DNA of 64,000 nucleotides from Bacteroidales bacterium UBA4070 (GTDB taxonomy: Bacteria; Bacteroidota; Bacteroidia; Bacteroidales; VadinHA17): the NCBI GenBank assembly GCA_002383485.1, contig DFYY01000012.1, positions 37,717 through 101,716 on the forward strand, in the 5' to 3' direction. Each line of letters begins with the position of its first letter. Positions within the stretch are counted from its first letter, which is position 1. Under the pieces are notes generated by a model that was not told where the DNA came from, ran no database searches, and worked only from the letters and a program-made list of their open reading frames with translations. Shown here in pieces: positions 48,796 to 57,978 of the stretch. The position numbers and the translations under genes are program-made.

Positions 48796-49791
48796 ATGGA
48801 ACACACAACCGACATCAGGCTCCTGAATGAGAAGATCGAAAAGGAGAGTGCATTCGTGGATCTTGTCAGGCAGGAGATCAACAAGGTGATAGTGGGTCAG
48901 CGTCATCTGACGGACTCACTGCTTATAGGCCTGCTCTCAAACGGCCACATTCTGCTGGAGGGCGTTCCGGGCCTGGCAAAGACGCTTGCCATCAAAACCC
49001 TGGCCTCGGTCATAGACACGAAGTTCAGCAGGATACAATTCACGCCTGATCTGCTCCCTGCGGACCTTATCGGGACAATGATCTACAGTCAGAAGAGGGA
49101 GGAATTTGTGGTGCGTAAAGGGCCTGTATTCGCCAACTTCATCCTTGCCGATGAGATCAACCGTTCCCCGGCAAAGGTGCAGAGCGCCTTGCTCGAGGCG
49201 ATGCAGGAGAGACAGGTTACAATCGGCGAACACACATACAAACTTGATGAGCCGTTTATGGTGCTTGCAACGCAGAACCCGATAGAACAGGAGGGTACAT
49301 ATCCTCTCCCCGAAGCACAGGTTGACAGGTTCATGCTCAAGGTGGTGATCACTTACCCTGAAAAGGAGGAGGAGCGGCTCATCATCCGTGAGAACCTGGC
49401 AAGCGAGTTCCCCACGGCAAGGACCATCCTCAAGCCGGAGGACATCATACGTGCCAGAAGCATTGTCAAGGAGGTATACCTCGATGAGAAGATCGAAAAC
49501 TACATCCTCGATATAGTCTTCGCATCACGTCAGCCTGAGAAATTCGGGTTGTCGAAGTTCACCCCGCTTATCTCCTACGGTGCTTCTCCCAGGGCAGGTA
49601 TCAGCCTGGCCATGGCGGCCAAGTCATACGCTTTCATAAGGAGAAGGGGATTCGTCGTTCCGGAGGATGTGCGCTCGCTCTGCGCAGACGTACTGCGCCA
49701 CCGCATAGGGCTGACATACGAGGCAGAAGCGGAGAATATCACACAGGACCAGATCATTGCAGAGATATTAAATACGGTGGAGGTTCCGTAG
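48796..49791 (+). CDS. MoxR-family AAA+ ATPase
   Basis: Walker A LLEGVPGLAKT, Walker B ILADEINR, and sensor motifs. It is the first gene of the Bat-type operon. Confidence 0.9.
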   Translation: MEHTTDIRLLNEKIEKESAFVDLVRQEINKVIVGQRHLTDSLLIGLLSNGHILLEGVPGLAKTLAIKTLASVIDTKFSRIQFTPDLLPADLIGTMIYSQKREEFVVRKGPVFANFILADEINRSPAKVQSALLEAMQERQVTIGEHTYKLDEPFMVLATQNPIEQEGTYPLPEAQVDRFMLKVVITYPEKEEERLIIRENLASEFPTARTILKPEDIIRARSIVKEVYLDEKIENYILDIVFASRQPEKFGLSKFTPLISYGASPRAGISLAMAAKSYAFIRRRGFVVPEDVRSLCADVLRHRIGLTYEAEAENITQDQIIAEILNTVEVP

Positions 49792-49796
49792 CAGAG

Positions 49797-50210
49797 ATGA
49801 GGAAGCTGCTGCTTACACTGACCGCACTTGTGATGCTGGCCCCTGCACAGGCTCAGGAATTCATTGGCCTGACCGGGAAGAAAATCAGGGATGTTATGGC
49901 CAGTGATAACCCCGGTCTGACTCCTGACAACTCCGTGCGGAACAATCTTTTTAGATACCTGAAGTATCACTCTGAGGATGAAAACGAAACATGGCTCATC
50001 TTCCTGGACGACAGGGATCGCTGCAATGGTGTCAGGATAACCGGCAGCATAAAAGGATATGAGGAAGCAATAAAGGAACTGAATGAAAAATACAGGCCCG
50101 AAGGCTTAAATGTATGGACTTACCGGGCCGGACGCGAAATAATAACTGTAATGGTAAAGAAAGATGCGTGGTACTTTACGGTCACGCATGAGCGAATACA
50201 CCATTTGTAA
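49797..50210 (+). CDS. hypothetical secreted protein (137 aa) inserted between MoxR and DUF58 genes
   Basis: Signal peptide MRKLLLTLTALVMLAPAQAQ. Tight spacing (5 nt) on both sides. No recognisable motif. Confidence 0.5.
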   Translation: MRKLLLTLTALVMLAPAQAQEFIGLTGKKIRDVMASDNPGLTPDNSVRNNLFRYLKYHSEDENETWLIFLDDRDRCNGVRITGSIKGYEEAIKELNEKYRPEGLNVWTYRAGREIITVMVKKDAWYFTVTHERIHHL

Positions 50211-50214
50211 GGAA

Positions 50215-51078
50215 ATGGAAACGACTGAGCTGCTGAAGAAAGTCAGGAAGATTGAGATAAGGTCAAGGGGGCTTACACACCAGATCTTTGCAGGGAAGTA
50301 CCACAGTGCCTTCCGAGGAAGGGGTATGGCTTTCAGCGAAGTAAGGGAGTACCAGTTCGGTGATGATATCCGCAGCATTGACTGGAATGTCACAGCAAGG
50401 TTTGGGCATCCCTATGTCAAGATATACGAAGAGGAGAGGGAACTGACTGTCATGCTTATGGTGGATATCAGCCGTTCGGGCGAATTCGGAACGGTGGCCT
50501 CCACCAAGCGGGAGATAATGACGGAGATTGCCGCGGTGCTGGCATATTCGGTAATTGTCAACAATGACAAGGTGGGACTGATGCTCTTTTCCGACAGGGT
50601 TGAAAAGTATATTCCACCCAAGAAAGGCAGGGGGCATATGCTCAGGATCATACGCGAGATGCTCAGTTACGAGCCTCAAGGATCCGGCACCTCTCTGTCA
50701 GAGCCGTTCCGGTACCTGACGAACGTGATGAGAAAGCGCTGCACCGCATTTATCCTTTCTGATTTCATGGCACCCTCCTTCACTGAGGCTCTGCGTATTG
50801 CCTCGGGAAAACATGATCTGGCGGCGCTCAGGATAAGTGACAGGCGGGAGAAGGAACTGCCCGATGTTGGTTTCATGAAGGTAACCGACCCGGAATCGGG
50901 CAGCGAGATGTGGATAGATACTTCTTCCTCCTCTGTCAGACGGGAGTACTCCGCTCAGTGGAAGAAGCATGACGAAGCAGTCTCCGGTGCTTTTGTGAGC
51001 TGCGGTGTGGATGTTGCGACAATTAACACAGGTGAGGACTACATCAAGCCTCTGATTTCACTCTTCAGGCACAGGTAG
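50215..51078 (+). CDS. DUF58 domain protein (MoxR-associated, VWA-like)
   Basis: Motif EVREYQFGDDIRSIDWNVTAR is typical of DUF58. ATG 50215 is chosen to avoid overlap with the upstream gene. Confidence 0.85.
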   Translation: METTELLKKVRKIEIRSRGLTHQIFAGKYHSAFRGRGMAFSEVREYQFGDDIRSIDWNVTARFGHPYVKIYEEERELTVMLMVDISRSGEFGTVASTKREIMTEIAAVLAYSVIVNNDKVGLMLFSDRVEKYIPPKKGRGHMLRIIREMLSYEPQGSGTSLSEPFRYLTNVMRKRCTAFILSDFMAPSFTEALRIASGKHDLAALRISDRREKELPDVGFMKVTDPESGSEMWIDTSSSSVRREYSAQWKKHDEAVSGAFVSCGVDVATINTGEDYIKPLISLFRHR

Positions 51079-51083
51079 GGAAA

Positions 51084-52106
51084 ATGAGAAAGTTTCTGAC
51101 ATTCACCGCGGTTTCATTTATCCTGGTAATAACCCTGCAAGGCCAGGAGATAAAGGTCATATCTGCGCCTGACACATCCGTCATCCTCATCGGTGACCGG
51201 ACGGGATTCACCGTCACTGCCGATATTCCGGCCGGTGTATCGGCAGAAATTAACAGTGCCGGAGATACCCTTGCCGGAAAGATAGTGGTGCTCCGCCGCG
51301 ATCCGAGGGATACGACCCGCCTCACTGACGGTGCCCTGAGGATCACGGACAGGTATCTTATCACCTCATTTGATTCGGGAACATATGCCATCCCTCCGTT
51401 CTTTGCGGAAAGGATTTCGGGCGACAGCCTGATAAGGTATTATTCGGACTACTCATCCCTGAGGGTTCTCAGGCCGGATATAGTGCTGCAGGACACAACT
51501 GATGTGATCTTTGACATAGTTGCTCCGCGTACGGCTCCCGTGACATTCTCCGAGATACTTCCATGGATCATTATTGCGCTGATTGCATCAGCCATGGTCT
51601 ACCTGCTGGCCCGCTTCCTGCCCAGGAATCCCCTTAAGCGCTTCGTAAAGCCCGTTCCGCCTCCCGAGCCGGCTCATATAATCGCCCTGCGTGAACTTCA
51701 GGCTCTTCGTAGCGAGGAACTATGGCAGAAGGGAGAAGTCAAGGAGTATTACTCAAGGCTATCGGATATCCTCAGGAGGTATATTGACAACCGTTACGGC
51801 ATCAGCTCACCGGAGCTCACAACTGATGAAACGGTCAGGATGCTTCACGGGGCTGCCGTGACAACACCCGGTCAGATGGGACTGGTGAAGGAGGTTCTTT
51901 CACTGTCTGATATGGTCAAGTTCGCCAAATATGTTCCGGAGGCAGGGTTGCATGAAACCGTTTACGGTAACGCCCAAAAATTTGTGGAGGAGACAAGGGA
52001 GCCTGAACTGAATCAGGATCAGGTAAGACCTGCAGGGGCCACAACGGAGAATCCTGGAGCCGGCAGCAGAGGCACATCAGGTGAGAAAGGAGGGAAGAAT
52101 GCATAA
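51084..52106 (+). CDS. Bat-operon membrane protein (DUF4381-like position)
   Basis: 340 aa with a signal peptide and one central TM (ILPWIIIALIASAMVYLLARFL). It sits between the DUF58 and BatA genes, as in Bacteroides bat operons. Confidence 0.5.
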   Translation: MRKFLTFTAVSFILVITLQGQEIKVISAPDTSVILIGDRTGFTVTADIPAGVSAEINSAGDTLAGKIVVLRRDPRDTTRLTDGALRITDRYLITSFDSGTYAIPPFFAERISGDSLIRYYSDYSSLRVLRPDIVLQDTTDVIFDIVAPRTAPVTFSEILPWIIIALIASAMVYLLARFLPRNPLKRFVKPVPPPEPAHIIALRELQALRSEELWQKGEVKEYYSRLSDILRRYIDNRYGISSPELTTDETVRMLHGAAVTTPGQMGLVKEVLSLSDMVKFAKYVPEAGLHETVYGNAQKFVEETREPELNQDQVRPAGATTENPGAGSRGTSGEKGGKNA

Positions 52107-53091
52107 CATCGCATTTGAAAACGGGTGGTTCTTATGGTTTCTGCTGGTTATACCGCTGCTGACAGTCTATTATATCTACCGCCAGGGAAAAGCCAGTGCA
52201 CCTGTCACTCTCTCCACGGCCGGATTTCTTGCAGGGGGAAAGAAGACCTTCCGCCACTACCTGAGACATCTTCTCTTTGTGCTAAGGCTTGCAGCGATAG
52301 CGGCGGTTACGGTTGTAATTGCACGGCCGCAGAACGTTGATAAATGGCAGAGTTCAACCACCGAGGGGATAGATATCATTATGGCGCTTGACGTGTCGGG
52401 GTCGATGCTGGCACGTGACTTCAATCCTGACAGGCTGGAGGCTTCGAAGAACGTAGCCACCGAATTCATCAGCGGCAGGCCTTATGACCGGATCGGGCTC
52501 ACCGTATTCAGCGGCGAGAGTTTCACCCAGTGTCCGCTTACCACTGATCACGCGGTTCTCATAAATCTTCTTCGGGAGGTAAAGAGCGGCATCATCGAGG
52601 ATGGCACTGCAATAGGTGTCGGGCTGGCGACGGCAATCAACAGGATCAAGGATTCTGACGCTATCAGCAAGGTTATAATATTGCTTACCGATGGTGTGAA
52701 CAACACCGGTTCAATTGATCCCGTAACGGCTGCCGAGATTGCAAAAACATTTGGCATAAGGGTTTACACAGTAGGTGTGGGAAGCATGGGATATGCTGAT
52801 TACCCGGTGCAGACCCCGTTTGGAATGAGGTATCAGAAGATGCAGGTTGAGATTGATGAAGCCCTGCTGCAGAGGATAGCTGAGATGACCGGAGGGCAGT
52901 ATTTCAGGGCTGTTGACAATACGAGCCTGCAGAGGGTATATGCGGAGATAGACAAGCTTGAGAAGTCGAAGATAGAGACCAGAGAGCACAGCAAGCGTGA
53001 GGAGGTCTTCATGCCCTGGGCGCTGGCTGCCTTCATCCTTATCGGGCTTGAGTTGCTGCTGAGGTACCTGTTGATGAAAAACATGTCATAG
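52099..53091 (+). CDS. batA: VWA domain protein BatA
   Basis: N-terminal TMs, MIDAS motif DIIMALDVSGSM, and a C-terminal TM. AGGAGGGA lies upstream of ATG 52099. Confidence 0.8.
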   Translation: MHNIAFENGWFLWFLLVIPLLTVYYIYRQGKASAPVTLSTAGFLAGGKKTFRHYLRHLLFVLRLAAIAAVTVVIARPQNVDKWQSSTTEGIDIIMALDVSGSMLARDFNPDRLEASKNVATEFISGRPYDRIGLTVFSGESFTQCPLTTDHAVLINLLREVKSGIIEDGTAIGVGLATAINRIKDSDAISKVIILLTDGVNNTGSIDPVTAAEIAKTFGIRVYTVGVGSMGYADYPVQTPFGMRYQKMQVEIDEALLQRIAEMTGGQYFRAVDNTSLQRVYAEIDKLEKSKIETREHSKREEVFMPWALAAFILIGLELLLRYLLMKNMS

Positions 53092-53098
53092 AGGGGAT

Positions 53099-54154
53099 AT
53101 GGATACATTCAGATTTGCACAACCTGACATGCTTTACCTGCTTCTCCTGGTGCCGGTGCTGATCCTGGTCTGGATAATCGGCAACAGGCGTCGCAGGCTT
53201 GCGCGGGAACGTTTTTGCGATGCGGAACTGCTCCGTAGATTGTCTCCAGATTATTCGCCGTCACGCATGACTGTCAAGTTTGTGCTGAGGGTACTGGCTC
53301 TCATCATGGCGGTTCTCACCGTAGCGAGGCCACAGTTCGGATCGCGACTTGAAGAGGTTAAGCGTGAAGGAGTTGAAGTGGTCATTGCGCTTGATGTCAG
53401 CAACTCAATGCTTGCGGCAGACATCAGCCCGTCGAGGCTGGAAAGGGCAAAGCAGGCAATCTCACAGCTTGTTGACCAGCTCAGGGAAGACAGGATCGGA
53501 CTGATCCTGTTTGCCGGTGATGCATATACCCAGATACCCATTACAAATGATTACCTCTCGGCGAAGATGTTCCTCTCAACCGCAGGGCCGGATGCCGTAT
53601 CGAAACAGGGAACAGCTATCGGAGCTGCCATTGACCTGGGAATGAGGTCATTCACCCCCGAAAGTGACAGGAGCAAGGCGCTCATAATAATTACTGACGG
53701 CGAAAATCATGAGGATGATGCAGTTGAGAAGGCCCGGGAGGCTACGGGGAAGGGGATTGTGATCCACACCATCGGTATCGGCTCGCCGGACGGATCACCG
53801 ATACCTGTAAAGACCGGTGGAAGGACGGATTACCTGAAGGACAGCCAGGGCAACACTGTCATTTCGAAGCTTGACGAGAAGGGGCTCCGGGAGATAGCCT
53901 CCGTTGCCGGAGGGCGTTATGTCCGGGCCAACAACACGAGCATCGGACTGAATGAAATTTATAATGACATCGGGCGGATGAAGAAGAGCGAGATCAACGC
54001 CATGATGTACACTGAGTATAACGAACAGTTTCTTATCCCTGCTGCACTGCTATTCATTCTGCTCGTGGCAGACCTGCTTACTGCCGACAGGAAGAATAAC
54101 CTTCTCAGGAGACTGGGTATCATTGCAAAGGATTCAAAAATGAAAAGGAAATGA
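53099..54154 (+). CDS. batB: VWA domain protein BatB
   Basis: 351 aa. MIDAS motif VVIALDVSNSM, flanking TM segments. Confidence 0.8.
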   Translation: MDTFRFAQPDMLYLLLLVPVLILVWIIGNRRRRLARERFCDAELLRRLSPDYSPSRMTVKFVLRVLALIMAVLTVARPQFGSRLEEVKREGVEVVIALDVSNSMLAADISPSRLERAKQAISQLVDQLREDRIGLILFAGDAYTQIPITNDYLSAKMFLSTAGPDAVSKQGTAIGAAIDLGMRSFTPESDRSKALIIITDGENHEDDAVEKAREATGKGIVIHTIGIGSPDGSPIPVKTGGRTDYLKDSQGNTVISKLDEKGLREIASVAGGRYVRANNTSIGLNEIYNDIGRMKKSEINAMMYTEYNEQFLIPAALLFILLVADLLTADRKNNLLRRLGIIAKDSKMKRK

Positions 54155-54897
54155 AGGTCAGGGCAACAGCATACAGGATGATTGGTGCAGCCATATGCCT
54201 GGTGATCCTCTCTCCTTCGCTCTACGGACAGGATGAGAGGGAATATATCCGCAAGGGAAACAGGCTTTTCAAAAAAGGAGAATTTGCCGGTAGTGAACGG
54301 ATGTACCGCAGGGCAGAGGAGCAGACCGGGTCAGGAAATGACGCCATCTTCAACCTTGGAGATGCCCTCTACAGACAGAGCCGGTTCAGTGAGGCCTCAG
54401 CAGAATTCAGTCGTGCGGCAAAAACCGGAGAGACAGACTCTCTGAAACGGGCAGACGGATTATATAACCTTGGCAATTCCCTTCTCAAGGAGCAGAAGTT
54501 CAGCGAAAGCATAAGCGCATATATCAGCTCCCTGAAGCTCAATCCGGACAATATGCAGGCCAAATATAATCTCGCCTATGCACAGGACCAGCTGAAGAAG
54601 CAGGAAGAACAGCAACAGCAGGATCAGAACAAGGACCAGGAGCAGGATGGTCAGAATAAAGATCAGCAGGACAAGCAGGATCAGAACAAGGACCAGGAGC
54701 AGAAGGAGAACCAGGATCAGCAGAACGAACAGCAGCAGGATCAGCAACAACAGCAGCAGCAACAGCATTCTGCAATAAGTCGCGAAGACGCAAAGCGGCT
54801 GCTTGATGCCCTTGCTGGCAAAGAAAAGGAGACCCAGGAGAAGGTGCAGCGTGACAAGGCTGCCCAGGCAAAGGTCAGGGTAATCAAAAACTGGTAA
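54151..54897 (+). CDS. batC: TPR protein BatC with Gln/Asp/Lys-rich low-complexity tail
   Basis: 248 aa. TPR repeats followed by QEEQQQQDQNKDQEQDGQNKDQQDKQDQNKDQEQKENQDQQNEQQQDQQQQQQQQH. Confidence 0.75.
   Translation: MKVRATAYRMIGAAICLVILSPSLYGQDEREYIRKGNRLFKKGEFAGSERMYRRAEEQTGSGNDAIFNLGDALYRQSRFSEASAEFSRAAKTGETDSLKRADGLYNLGNSLLKEQKFSESISAYISSLKLNPDNMQAKYNLAYAQDQLKKQEEQQQQDQNKDQEQDGQNKDQQDKQDQNKDQEQKENQDQQNEQQQDQQQQQQQQHSAISREDAKRLLDALAGKEKETQEKVQRDKAAQAKVRVIKNW
54617..54702 (+). repeat. 29-nt exact direct repeat (2 copies, 57-nt period) inside the BatC low-complexity region
   Basis: AGCAGGATCAGAACAAGGACCAGGAGCAG occurs at 54617-54645 and again at 54674-54702. Confidence 0.9.
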
Positions 54898-54908
54898 TTT
54901 TGTCGGTG

Positions 54909-56729
54909 ATGAAGAGCATTCTGACGATATTGATTTTTCTGCTGGCATGCCTGACGGCAACGCCCCAGGAGGTCACACTTACTGTTGATGCACCCGGCAC
55001 AGCGGCCGCCGGCGAACGGTTCAGGGTGATCTATACCATCAACTCAACCGACGGCCAGTTTACACCGCCGAAATTTGACCCGGCATTCACGGTACAGGGC
55101 CCCCAGCAATCGACCAGCCGCAATGTGCAGTGGATCAACGGCGACGTAAAGACCATTGCCACTACCACGCTCATCTATTACGTCACAGTCTCCGCACCGG
55201 GCACATATACCATACCTGCCGCACAATTTGAGACGAAGAAGGCTGTTGTCAGTTCTGCAGAGCGACAGATAGTCATTACTCCCGCCGGTCAGGCAGCTCC
55301 TGCCACAGGCCAGACCCAGGGGCAAGGGCAGACCCGGGCTGCCGGTGATATCCCTTCCGCGGGCACAGATGTCTCGCTAAAGCTTCTGTTCAGTGACCGC
55401 GAGGTCTACGCCGGTGAACCCATAACAGTGACTCTTAAACTTTATACAAGGATCAACCTGTCAGGACTGCAGGAACTGAGGTATCCCGATTTCAAGGGGT
55501 TTCTCCGGGAGGATATCGAGTCTCCCCCGTTGCGTAACCTTGAAACGGAAGTTATTGACGGGGTGCAGTACGGTACCGGTGTTGTGCAGAGACTGGTGCT
55601 CTATCCCCAGATCTCCGGTGAGATACGGATTGATCCTGTCGAGATGACGGTATTGGTGCAGGAACGGACATCGGCGCGTGAGCCTTTCTTTGATGACCCC
55701 TTCTTTGACAGTTTCTTCTCATCGGTCTCCACGGTTCCGAGGAAGGTTGTCACGCAGCCCGTTACAATAAGGGTGATACCGCTGCCGCTGCCCAGGCCGG
55801 CCGACTTTCACGGGGCAGTAGGATCGTTTGTGCTGGAGTCATCACTCTCATCCACAGAGTCGCAACTGAATGACGCCATCACCCTCAAGGTAGTGCTTAA
55901 AGGGTCAGGCAGCCTGAATCTTGCCGGCGAGCCCCTGATCAACTTCCCGCAGGGCATTGAGAAGTACGACCCGAAAGTCACTATTACGAGTACAGGCACC
56001 TCATCGGGAAGCAAGACCTTCGAGTACCTTCTGATACCAAGGAATCCGGGGAAATTTGAGATACCTCCTGTCTCATATACCGTTTTTGATCCGAACCAGG
56101 AGAAATATGTTACGCTGAGGTCCGAAGGATATGAGGTTAATGTATCCGGCACTCCAGGAGGCACGGAGGGTACAGACCCGGTATATATACCAGGAGAGGA
56201 TGTCAAATATCTCGGTCAGGACATACGCTTCATCAGGAACGGAAATGGAAGGCTTGGTACGGCAGCAGCAACACTGGTGACAGAACTTCATTACTGGCTC
56301 TGGTTTGCACTTGCGCTATTCATAACAGCAGTGGTACTGTTGCTCAGGGGTGAGCAGATCAGGCGCAATGCCGATGTGGCAGGTGTGAGAAACCGCAAGG
56401 CTTTGAGAAACGCACGACAGAGGCTTGCCAGGGCAGAGGCACTTCTGAAGGGCGGCAAAAAAGGACAGGTGAATGCCGAGGTTGCAAGAGCTCTCTGGGG
56501 CTATCTGGGAGACAAGCTGCGCATCCCGCCATCAGAAATCACCAGGGACAGGTGTTACGCATTACTGAGGCAGAGAAACACAGGCGAGGAGCTGATCTCT
56601 GAACTGGACAGGATACTCACTGCCACCGAATATTCACAGTATGCCCCCGTATCAGAGGGCGAGAGCCCTGCCGCACTGTGCAAACGGGCTGACTCACTGA
56701 TCAGCAGGCTTGACGATGTTCTGGATTAA
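54909..56729 (+). CDS. batD: BatD-family (oxygen tolerance) protein
   Basis: About 606 aa. Signal peptide, a large extracytoplasmic region, a late TM (YWLWFALALFITAVVLLL) and a cytoplasmic tail. Operon position matches BatD. Confidence 0.7.
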   Translation: MKSILTILIFLLACLTATPQEVTLTVDAPGTAAAGERFRVIYTINSTDGQFTPPKFDPAFTVQGPQQSTSRNVQWINGDVKTIATTTLIYYVTVSAPGTYTIPAAQFETKKAVVSSAERQIVITPAGQAAPATGQTQGQGQTRAAGDIPSAGTDVSLKLLFSDREVYAGEPITVTLKLYTRINLSGLQELRYPDFKGFLREDIESPPLRNLETEVIDGVQYGTGVVQRLVLYPQISGEIRIDPVEMTVLVQERTSAREPFFDDPFFDSFFSSVSTVPRKVVTQPVTIRVIPLPLPRPADFHGAVGSFVLESSLSSTESQLNDAITLKVVLKGSGSLNLAGEPLINFPQGIEKYDPKVTITSTGTSSGSKTFEYLLIPRNPGKFEIPPVSYTVFDPNQEKYVTLRSEGYEVNVSGTPGGTEGTDPVYIPGEDVKYLGQDIRFIRNGNGRLGTAAATLVTELHYWLWFALALFITAVVLLLRGEQIRRNADVAGVRNRKALRNARQRLARAEALLKGGKKGQVNAEVARALWGYLGDKLRIPPSEITRDRCYALLRQRNTGEELISELDRILTATEYSQYAPVSEGESPAALCKRADSLISRLDDVLD

Positions 56730-56737
56730 ACAGAAAG

Positions 56738-57499
56738 ATGATGCGAAGGACTTTGTTGATACAGATAATTCTTTTTGCCGGGCTGCTGAGCCTTGCCGGA
56801 CAGACTCCGGAAGAGCGTTACTCACAGGCTGGCGTACTGTACAGTTCAGGAGACTATTCCGGAGCTGCTGCAATCTACAGGAAACTCTATGAGGAGGGAT
56901 TCAGGAGCGGCGACCTGTTCTACAACACAGGCAACGCCTTCTTCAAGTCGGGTGACAATGCCTCCGCAATTCTGTTCTATGAAAGGGCAAAACTGCTCTC
57001 TCCTGCAGATGAGGATATCGATTACAACCTTCAGATTGCCAGGAGTCGCATCACAGACAGGTTAGAGACCGTGCCGCAACTCTTTTTCGTACGGTGGTTT
57101 GATTTTCTTTCTCTGCTTGCATCAACAAATTTCTGGGCTGTCGGCGCAATTGTGCTGTTCGTGCTGTCGCTGATGTTTGCCGTGCTGTTCCTGACAAGGG
57201 CCCGTGCCCGTGGCCGTCTGCTCTCTTTCTGGCTCTCCCTGGCAACACTGCTGCTCTCCATGTTGCTGATATCGCTGTCAGTGCGTAACAACTCACTGGT
57301 CAATCACAACAGCAGGGCCGTCATCATGTGCAGCATTGTCACCGGGCGCAGCGCCCCCGGCGAAACAGGGAACGAACTCTTTGTGCTTCATTCGGGCACT
57401 ACCGTTACGGTGGAGCAGGAGCTCGGTGAATTCCGCGAAGTCAGGCTCCCTGACGGCAACAAGGGGTGGATAAGGGCCGACTGCATGGAAAAGATATAA
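56738..57499 (+). CDS. batE: TPR + SH3b protein BatE
   Basis: 253 aa. TPR repeats, two TM segments, and a C-terminal SH3-like segment (VTVEQELGEFREVRLPDGNKGWIRADCMEKI). Confidence 0.7.
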   Translation: MMRRTLLIQIILFAGLLSLAGQTPEERYSQAGVLYSSGDYSGAAAIYRKLYEEGFRSGDLFYNTGNAFFKSGDNASAILFYERAKLLSPADEDIDYNLQIARSRITDRLETVPQLFFVRWFDFLSLLASTNFWAVGAIVLFVLSLMFAVLFLTRARARGRLLSFWLSLATLLLSMLLISLSVRNNSLVNHNSRAVIMCSIVTGRSAPGETGNELFVLHSGTTVTVEQELGEFREVRLPDGNKGWIRADCMEKI

Positions 57500-57551
57500 T
57501 CGCATTGCCACATTTTTCATAACTTTCAACCCGGAATCAATTTTTCCGGAC

Positions 57552-57971
57552 ATGAAAGGAAAATTACCGGTAGTTTTATTGGTGCTGCTTGTCATTATGA
57601 CAGGCTGCAAAAAGCGGGACATAACAGCCAAAGGGCCAACTGATGTCCGTATCCATAATCAGACAGGGCAGACTTTAGAGGAGGTTACGGTCACTGTGAC
57701 TGACGATCCTGCATATCTGAAAAGGGTTCATAATTACGGCACTGTTATTCCGGGTGGCTATACGGAATATTTCAGGTTTGACATCGCTCACACCGAAGCC
57801 GACATCACGGTCAGGATTGGTGAGGTGAATTATTCCACGCCGGCAACGCAGTTTGATTACCTTACATACATCGGCCCGGACCGTATTACATACAGGCTGA
57901 CAATCGCTGATCCGGGGAACCGGGTGCTCAACATAGATACTGTTATTGAAGAGCCCATAGACGATCTTTAA
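57552..57971 (+). CDS. hypothetical lipoprotein (139 aa)
   Basis: Lipobox VIMTGCKK. No recognisable motif. Confidence 0.5.
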   Translation: MKGKLPVVLLVLLVIMTGCKKRDITAKGPTDVRIHNQTGQTLEEVTVTVTDDPAYLKRVHNYGTVIPGGYTEYFRFDIAHTEADITVRIGEVNYSTPATQFDYLTYIGPDRITYRLTIADPGNRVLNIDTVIEEPIDDL

Positions 57972-57978
57972 CCCCGGA

